Positions 27,701 through 30,079 of a stretch of DNA of 30,079 bases are shown here, piece after piece. A program made the translations under genes and the position numbers. The first letter of the stretch is position 1. Every line of letters begins with the position of its first letter. The notes beneath the pieces were generated by a model. That model did no database searches. It was given only the letters and a program-made list of their open reading frames with translations, and had not been told where the DNA came from. Source of the stretch: Solobacterium sp. UBA1789 (GTDB lineage Bacteria > Bacillota_I > Bacilli_A > Erysipelotrichales > Erysipelotrichaceae); contig DCGB01000045.1 of the NCBI GenBank assembly GCA_002314515.1, positions 9,008-39,086 on the forward strand, given 5' to 3'.

Positions 27701-30079
27701 ATAGAAAGATAAGATTCTAACTTTCTTAGCATTAATTGCAACACCATCAGCACTTGAAATCTGATTAGCAGCTAATACAGCCATGACGAAGGAAGCATTT
27801 ACGCTAACTGCGCCAGCAGAAATTAATTTAGATTCGATTTCAGAAACAGCTCTGACCTTACCATTTGAAACAACAGAAACAGTATAGCCATCAGCATTGA
27901 TAGTACCTGAACCGATAATAACAGCATTAGCAACTGACTTAACCTTAGAAATAGCTGCATTGACATGAGCAGAAACTAAACCACCACCTGAACTTGGAGC
28001 CAGTTTAATAATACTCTCGGCATTGTAATCAACAGAAACCTTTACATCGCCAGCAGCGTTGATAACGCCATTATTTAAAACTTCAAGAATAGACTCAATA
28101 GTACCCTTTGCATAAGTATAAGCAGCAATAGTACCAACACCTACAGCAGAGATACCATATTCGAATACCTGAGCAACTGCCTTAGTATTAGCAACAGCAG
28201 CAACCTCGATACCACCAGCATAAGAACCTTCCTTGACAATAGTCAGGTTACTAGCAGCAACCTTAGCGCGACATGTTGCATTAGCAATAGCAGTAGTAGC
28301 ACTTACACCAACAGTAACTGGACCAGCCTGCATAGAAACCAGGAAAGTCTGAGCCATATCAGTGAACTTAATAGTAGTTGTGTCAGACTTCTTCAAACCA
28401 TACTGGACTTCTAAAGTCTTAACAGGAACACTTGTATTCTGAGTTGACTTAACTGTCAACTTTCTAATAATCATTTCCGCATTACTTGAAACTAAGGCTT
28501 CCTGAATACCCTTAGTAACAGCAATTGGAACTGAACAGCAAACTGTAAATGAGAAACCAACACTGGCACTGGCAATGATAGATCTGGCCATTGCATTACC
28601 ATTCATGACGATAGATACTTCATTAGCATCTAACAAGCCACTAGTTGTACCTCTTAAATCACTTAAGAAATGAGATTCATTTAAAGCAACAGCGATGTTA
28701 ATAGCAACTGAAGCACCACCAGCCTTACCAGACAGAATATTTACAAATGCTTCAGAAGAACTTGCAGATTCACCAACAACAAGCTTGTTGATATACATCT
28801 TACCATCAACGCCAACAACATTAGCACTGATAGCACCAATCTGAGAAATACCAACACAGGCACCAGCAGCAACGCCACCAACAACCAAACTTGTGATAGT
28901 TACACCAGCATCACCATTGATCTTAGAATCAACTAATACTTTATTAGTCTTAGTTGTACCACCATTAGAGATATTGAAACCATCGAGTAAAGCAACAGAT
29001 ACTACACGGTTAAAGTTCATTGCCACAATACCATTGACAGCAACTAAACCACCGGCAACACCGACACCTAAGACAGTTGAAATACCATGAATATTATTCT
29101 TAATAGAAATATCATCAGCAACGATTGTACCTAAGACATCTGACTTAACAGTACCAACACCACCATTATTTGTAATATAAGGAACAGAACCGACAAATGT
29201 CATAGCCTGAACATTATTTACAACAACAGCAACTGTAGCACCAATAGCAATTTCACCTAAAGAAACAGAGATAATGAAAGCCTTAGCTGTAGCATCAACA
29301 TCAGCCAATACATCCAAATCACCATTCTTAATAAATAACTGAGCACCACGGGCAATATAAGTATTTGCAACTGTTCTATTGAAGACCAGAGCAACACCTG
29401 CAGAAACAGCACCCAAACCACCAGCTAAAGAAGCAGCAGCACAACCAGCTAATGTATCAGCATCAGTAATAACTTCAACATGCTTAACAGACTCTTCTTC
29501 AGAACCAATAGTACTATGAGCACCAATACCAGTAGTAACCTGACCAGCAAAGTTTACATAACCAACAGAAGCAGCAACACCAGCAGTACCAGAAATAGCA
29601 ATACCGATAACAGCAGCCTGAACTTCACCAAAGTTCATAACGCCCTTAACCTGGACATTATCAGCCTTTGTAACGCTACCATCTAAAACAGCATGGATAT
29701 CACTGTAAACAAGCATTACAGCACAAGCAATACTGATACCAGCAGTACCACCACCAGCAACAGATAAAGAAATAACTCTAACTGTTGAAGCATTAGCATC
29801 CTGAGAAATCAGTTCAGCTTCTCTTAACTTGTCAGTAACCTTTTCCTTAGTCTTAGCAGCAACTCTTCTTAACTTAGAAGCTAAGTTCTTATCGCGGTTG
29901 CTTGCATTATCATCCATCTTCTCATCAGCGTCAGTTAAAGGAGCATCGCCACTCTTCATGAATGGATTATTGCTTAATGAACGAGGATCAGAACCAGTAG
30001 AAGCCTTAACAATGACATCTCCACCAGCAGATAATACAGCACCCTCCTGAACTTCAGCATTAACATTACTTGAAGCAAT
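12704..30079 (-). CDS. Giant filamentous surface protein (>5,790 aa, 5'-truncated by the window) with LktA/FHA-like beta-helical repeats, alpha-helical insertions and a C-terminal TM anchor
   Basis: The frame is open to 30079 (IASSNVNAEVQEGAVLSAGGDVIVKAS... precedes the track's Met), so the start is outside the window. A/V/S/G/N-rich repeats (e.g. GVAASVGYVN, GATVAVVVN, AVSVNAS), later IG(T/S)xxxP(L) repeats, then an acidic linker, TM (LPVVVGVGLAAAAIYFFLV) and KKKKK tail. Tandem stops TAG TAA. Confidence 0.9.
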   Translation of the reverse strand: MASSNVNAEVQEGAVLSAGGDVIVKASTGSDPRSLSNNPFMKSGDAPLTDADEKMDDNASNRDKNLASKLRRVAAKTKEKVTDKLREAELISQDANASTVRVISLSVAGGGTAGISIACAVMLVYSDIHAVLDGSVTKADNVQVKGVMNFGEVQAAVIGIAISGTAGVAASVGYVNFAGQVTTGIGAHSTIGSEEESVKHVEVITDADTLAGCAAASLAGGLGAVSAGVALVFNRTVANTYIARGAQLFIKNGDLDVLADVDATAKAFIISVSLGEIAIGATVAVVVNNVQAMTFVGSVPYITNNGGVGTVKSDVLGTIVADDISIKNNIHGISTVLGVGVAGGLVAVNGIVAMNFNRVVSVALLDGFNISNGGTTKTNKVLVDSKINGDAGVTITSLVVGGVAAGACVGISQIGAISANVVGVDGKMYINKLVVGESASSSEAFVNILSGKAGGASVAINIAVALNESHFLSDLRGTTSGLLDANEVSIVMNGNAMARSIIASASVGFSFTVCCSVPIAVTKGIQEALVSSNAEMIIRKLTVKSTQNTSVPVKTLEVQYGLKKSDTTTIKFTDMAQTFLVSMQAGPVTVGVSATTAIANATCRAKVAASNLTIVKEGSYAGGIEVAAVANTKAVAQVFEYGISAVGVGTIAAYTYAKGTIESILEVLNNGVINAAGDVKVSVDYNAESIIKLAPSSGGGLVSAHVNAAISKVKSVANAVIIGSGTINADGYTVSVVSNGKVRAVSEIESKLISAGAVSVNASFVMAVLAANQISSADGVAINAKKVRILSFYNVNNNSESADVTTPSANNNYGAFALVGAPLVSVSGFKLAANIGLAYSSSVVRAVLYGASPKTSEDIYINTFANSYADTQVCQPTVSVSAVNAGVTYVKAFARGTYEAGVNSTNSNSNIEARNIYIGSGYRTKAYSVTGPIGGGVSLSVASVSVNIARAYTQSAANSYLINAGSGNIKGNVVVKTVGDSVALADVLKYTVSISLVDAAANHLLTYSMASQQAFTNFGKDMVIGGNLDVTSTLDGQSYAKVGNSEGVSLSLVEGSVNIAKAFTATYNNAYIAGYNGAVVKALKAKVLAKSNTSANAIALKPVSVSVASVCGSYALSDCYDQVYAHVGNGNAFTLDLNGSADVKAQSKTTSYTECASGVSVSLVSGSGNDVIAFIGDAAAQTVKAYVAANAKLIANGDISIVAENVGTIEAKLTAGFKISGISISSNNVTTVSTYRTDAYVAANAYVESKNGSVTIKAINTANANSLVNGDGCGILVSADFKAALNYITQNCEVYVDKNAVVKAHDNINISTDVNANASAHTNANSGGIFSGGSLTATQTIGRNVNLKINNATVNARFGNLNIILEIGRKDRIYTAADGSSVGLVGIGGAHAKTELVNSGKLSVEGSQLNADFGTLNLMTNVSESGSYVNGDFSAGGLGGSPTANVYDNVAVLSGVVTVSGSKVRATNVNIASQIKELYLYANAYSKLVAAGGAGFAQARFNLAFINQVNIVNKSEVTAYNNASILTSSTPSKGGTNIETKAKAVMVSLAGYIESTAAVDGTVNSTSLISNSTVRGYNVSLNSTAFNGGVSQSSKGTKVSIFAVKDVNTRYGVVNGNTVNADSGSVFEIGGAAVGAKVGIDENGKIYQTGLLGKISSSVSADKVVLNGKMIPRGTGTLSAAGVDLSKAVVNYYDGSKLEIDTYFPGTTVLCAIDMNTANGEPKMYAAKFGKVNKISPELPSSIKIDSYNGGDLLFGNVVANEHGSTNINWINGAGNLLASYITVEGNKITPLWTVKLNITNAKNIGTSTNEYYSEDEYSIALGKMAEQKNNTYFQVFMCKHNNVNPGITATASGDVFFEPILVEVNRMYTLTAASSNKAVDGRIILGDISTDGVLDIHMSDPRRINYTPEAGGVCVATPETGLVYVDGTGNDSVALKGAALERYFKEVDDDGNKMYVLPDNSILILDENDKVVSFNGYELYQRMLFGEETTNRVILATDVVDGYTYYASFDYTLGKLEVEEGFSSDFTVYLTAEQIKLLKTKGLSDGTNVNHIYDYVNYVVEVCKNGTWGTLEYASELDRQNENDCEIILSILMNGTAKYNLKNGGFGNYYNNTEELPDLSLLDSKVKFYKLTVNYNSDKHYTQNVILMAYNDIEYLGLYSVHYYYDDDDEEWYISADVASAGTRKTDYILTNGSTSDEESVGHSYTKVGPSQHKNQDIEGSGSTSYYALTVIKSVMQDVDNDKKYVDTPVYRIANCDVTEYGDYRVFYEYAKDAEGNDTTTIIGGLVTLNTLSNEITYYVGSVVVSTEEEDVTINEEIENHYYYFEDEEETVKKYIDLPEGIVDDTDDESGLVAEKVVVGQKDHSVIIESTKTSYYYINADGEEVEIKLPTDAVYDSLKKAYSGTVTISPVKLEIVRKEADTYYYMDGDDKVAIDLPANAQSIGEGQYSATITVEQEVDVTIYEVEGKFYYKEGTKLVELDELPEDAVEGSEENTYTIKQTQNVDVNITISKDADAYYKLGEDGVSHVTVDSLDGYTEDTENGYWTKTTKLADEDVTVDVFVKETGRFKFADPRDGHEGTTNYLDELPEGAVYVVEEDGCYYIATVTLDLEKDIYKEVIKKYDYTTEDGNIHYIEELPEDAEKVEGEDHKYSASVTVKETSVKIRIDVTDAGDYYANITKLAELPDEAVDNGDGTYSLDVTIKGKDQTVTVYNNETYGYFYFNQYGDDVFAIAELPDDAQDAVASKRVSRVIYLPAINNIYNVTETVAVGKDGKVYTKLNGLQYIETVDGDITTNYGANGSSTVSGDGTTVTLTDRPLKLEKVLDEIAKDAAGNYYYLTTNNYVNTWNLATKQVSGTSTLINNAEGTTLYEITANGCRLYENGVAKYNYENEEISPVEAVGTTFSMAKVKSTEESQNRYDINKLESKKAEVFFWYDGGYYELSDANDTNGITDNIISLHNVYDTLTASKDDKNNTVLETILNKYGAGATDGIEYKFTSGTGNLVNRNTVNDDTSYYSGSQSIEVKDTNMQFEKNIVILEGGSFDIIALNGSVTGLNVTLQADAKFRVLALGTGDGQGLITFDDIIVNGKPVSGSAEPGSYLEFTSDGQITVKTLQIVNQGEANILSYHGGFNVINTDPDKPSIEVGNGSTLIINVEDDITMDSLSIHNDTGNIVKLYSTNGNVIIPDVSITLGAEATGKGNDVVVDAMGNIAIDKLFMSNTSNPTLKLENKLVMKTHAKVDGDATIRGKLLSYDWIITNSIVDANIAGDIVIDNAKNVDYADYDPEVRFNTPLIVNKGSVVNLTSNDGGFLSSGLDTKVKEIKLRTIDVSDSTLKIVASKNIEISLVNVEHSDITLDSLDGSLLFDKVNVSGISNVTLAANNNIDLLHQTDVEGKEQHAAITYDETTYDKKNAKTSTLTLTAGRNIGNTAKWMYIDVPDTVKPVVTLVNSFYIDAQKQIPWDIYQYFNTNGVGIEGINLALNNKTALNFLGYSDVQYFISLFDLDTNEKLAQWMIDHLGDNAADTATKKNFYNYVKDYEDLITLTNNNKALEAENVADLLKASSVLNSSALAKAIKAAYQAAYDEQYAQYELDKAEFEANPLNEGLVFGDFMFDEAGEYRKAFKAGIESTELTNSDKLAIVTYLLYVNDEYVANNDSSYIFGERDKTELVNELFYNGANLDKEYADILSAALRATYSSKSEVKAELDKANKDLTAAQTAYQKAYGTQLTELDNLNNTVNKMIAAAKFADEAVLAEFKAEAYKTVNAKVAKFADELSLLTTDDDKKALVNTYAEELMNELNQLATNSGVDFSTKISNTKSIFNLKVSYENKVSEAEATYLTIAQVEARIQLLTQRYKELCDSFADEDQAREIVDRVKEIVVGDPDQGEDSAYTKAIKALEAAEKTLAAKQGAYETFSLDKTLTADYLKLAREDMMLAVADVIAARNALADLRNELYSLINTHVVANGRDFEMVIGEMYGSAHIYNTGDITITVDPNAADTELRPMILARAAAGKVAINHNKDGKRISDIILTNVRSEYGDVTIKNLGGSIYAADLDEVTNEDFAKQEWIYRNDGLDYENAYVNGAWTNPVELDSLFAQNFFLNLGPRVGLCDQDSVKNFEKLHIIGGNLTLYAAGSIGSRFSPLLTETRSYTYEKVVNVTGNNDPYGFGTYNRGDLIDQFYGQKYLEYFADKQAAYDVYYNEFYYPTSKEYVHGYKVIGASNLITLLEENVGTFADDNNVVPAGYRYIAEMVDADGVKSTYGIELAVEYYWLRIYDYSKPMTVNAVAMGGDLYMVETTGSVNIGEIHAENDLSYIIPEDINDGRTEQQKADNTPNIYAKGNATFTTGEDDVNPVFGTKENPLLVSVGTIDEDGKLVGGLTLRTTDKDVNLKVKDILVLNATCADSHYEIDVISDYGSVVLNDMNPDTKVLSGHIYAKGSVSINTVGDIGTKAKPFEITDKVTYYYEGEKQVGKVDFNGKNVYLNILEDSANDAEVSGSAILGRSVADGELVLNAAGYLVDGNDNSLSALLIELADRQYAYNEAKNELESALAYKASLDNNHSAQKVKDLEQAIIDKNDEATAKNDEIGSLCGELDALLLDLEAKQTDLDNYNKIDLVALKNDPNATKDDIHKALAELVAKEKALADATSLVNAKREEIRVANAEYSAINDEIEALTKEYEDAVAYNTNVPDYITRKTTERNAYKDRIKELDALLLTETDPVAIQAIKDERSQLRDNVLALDKDIRKAIRALDELTKVNGTIDEATAALNERADELDALKKMVEAQMALDEAIHRNEAEGSDLSANNELAKRYIYAATNAMVQAVDANKDSTVIATIQKAIDEALLVDKLVSDAERLTVTDLNNLTADDIALLEVLGLTVESSKEDIIKAVVDYQNTILGITDAIDEFEELGSGNESQAQITVDTYKQLIKSYDEIVALQRIVDEKTVAYKNAEEAYNKAKLAFDTIVAKLGVKHQSLVNGEQYNEILNKLMKDSEFMKLYRAYVNAENAMADAKDELDAANNDLNTKAQQISQLRDIVDQEEVTNELIHIDNKINSNNDEISDLTRLASGTTPAGDWAKARSALNAQKTVVYNAEKELEKQVNRLKDLVKDAVDYEYLIGQSLTENTVATDIRPDDVDYSKLPLDTRKEVEDQISLIRETQNNLAKEYEKEQDLQEEFDVLNDRVYSLIRENEELQEEFNSISAENGISGTSNKDIIRNSAANQLNVDDTTITVEKGDTSDEAKIGRSLDDAQDATLTVNGNAVIRTGGGFGDAGEDVDGVKSQMITTDIKGTLDLVANGGVDIASEDSLRLVQVVAEDDVRLETLGNITSAAAKSPVIKGNDFEAVAITGSEEESDGTHSVGTENKPLNVDVKGIKGTADDIALNNSNKENTELGDITANNNVYLNLNGSATPEDDDSIINADKVTLKAKGDIGVVTEETKDQFNENVEQSNEDGRVKKLPGSINLITDELDMSGDNINISNSSEELKIDNLEGKQIFITDEGNLRTGDDGIIKGEEIYINSNGNIGTPVEELRIRGAKEVVTNTIYGHLNYRILKNKASVASEPIRYRLRTRWDEVTDLGGVVGFLPRSAKFEFSALDLDPEVEGYDLLKKAADSEYFLAGMNVEAKYNTYGIIVIVRLPEDCELENGTTVYALTSIKGHVYVAEGIVRDGNAIFNSRGLKKDTAVSYVVITEEGLEGLDILNTLGITEKGIIRQYFSKLVLKYIDEHIPERMEKEEEPKQEEVVEDVEEVVDEIAAESPNYLPVVVGVGLAAAAIYFFLVKKKKKNDE
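14470..16500 (-). other. ~680-aa alpha-helical/coiled-coil insertion in the giant protein
   Basis: A/E/L/K/D-rich heptad-like sequence nearly devoid of G/P, flanked on both sides by beta-helix-type repeats. Confidence 0.75.
18195..19710 (-). other. ~500-aa alpha-helical insertion (helical bundle plus coiled coil) in the giant protein
   Basis: Runs from QKQIPWDIYQYF to ADLRNELYSLINTH; heptads such as VKAELDKANKDLTAAQTAY and LEAAEKTLAAKQGAY. Confidence 0.7.
21812..23116 (-). repeat. Nine degenerate ~48-aa protein repeats (YY/F-x8-12-(E/D)LP(E/D)(D/G)A-x6-9-Y-xxx-V) inside the giant ORF
   Basis: Cores IDLPEG, IKLPTDA, IDLPANA, LDELPEDA, VDSLDG (degenerate), LDELPEGA, IEELPEDA, LAELPDEA and IAELPDDA, each preceded by an aromatic cluster. 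The repeats are diverged at DNA level. Confidence 0.8.

Noticed and set aside
29957-29959. Track's start codon for the giant ORF
   Set aside because: The frame stays open for 40 more codons to the window edge with the same repeat character, so the true start is outside the window.
13539-30050. Numerous 60-99-aa ORFs within the giant gene, mostly antisense
   Set aside because: Expected by-products of its biased codon usage (few antisense stops); S/L/P/T-rich, no motifs.
1-30079. CRISPR arrays, tRNA/rRNA, IS elements, integrases, toxin catalytic motifs at the giant protein's C-terminus
   Set aside because: No regularly spaced DNA repeats, cloverleafs, transposase or integrase motifs were seen, and no CdiA-type toxin/immunity arrangement; the C-terminus is a membrane anchor.

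Overview
AT-rich window from what looks like a low-GC Gram-positive (Firmicutes-type) genome; the taxon is inferred from the sortase/pilus genes and SD motifs, not verified. Left to right: (1) a minus-strand sortase-dependent pilus operon made of a signal peptidase I homolog, a tip pilin (LPDAG), a major pilin (LPNTG) and a class C sortase that is cut by the window edge and missing from the ORF track; (2) a minus-strand ABC ATPase/permease/XRE-AbrB regulator operon; (3) a divergent plus-strand metallo-beta-lactamase-fold hydrolase, membrane acyltransferase and MFS operon; (4) an orphan zinc-ribbon protein; (5) a minus-strand cluster of a TPR protein, a GNAT-like protein and a probable kinase gene remnant; (6) the 3' 17.4 kb of a giant (>5,790 aa, open at the window edge) C-terminally membrane-anchored filamentous surface protein. 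The giant protein has LktA/FHA-like beta-helical repeats, a 9-copy 'ELP' repeat array and two 500-680 aa alpha-helical insertions. The most novel-looking elements are this protein's architecture and the tip pilin, which carries two tandem Ig-like domains each with an inserted thioester-type domain, one retaining the Cys/Gln pair and one lacking it. No rRNA, tRNA, CRISPR, IS or integrase was seen.
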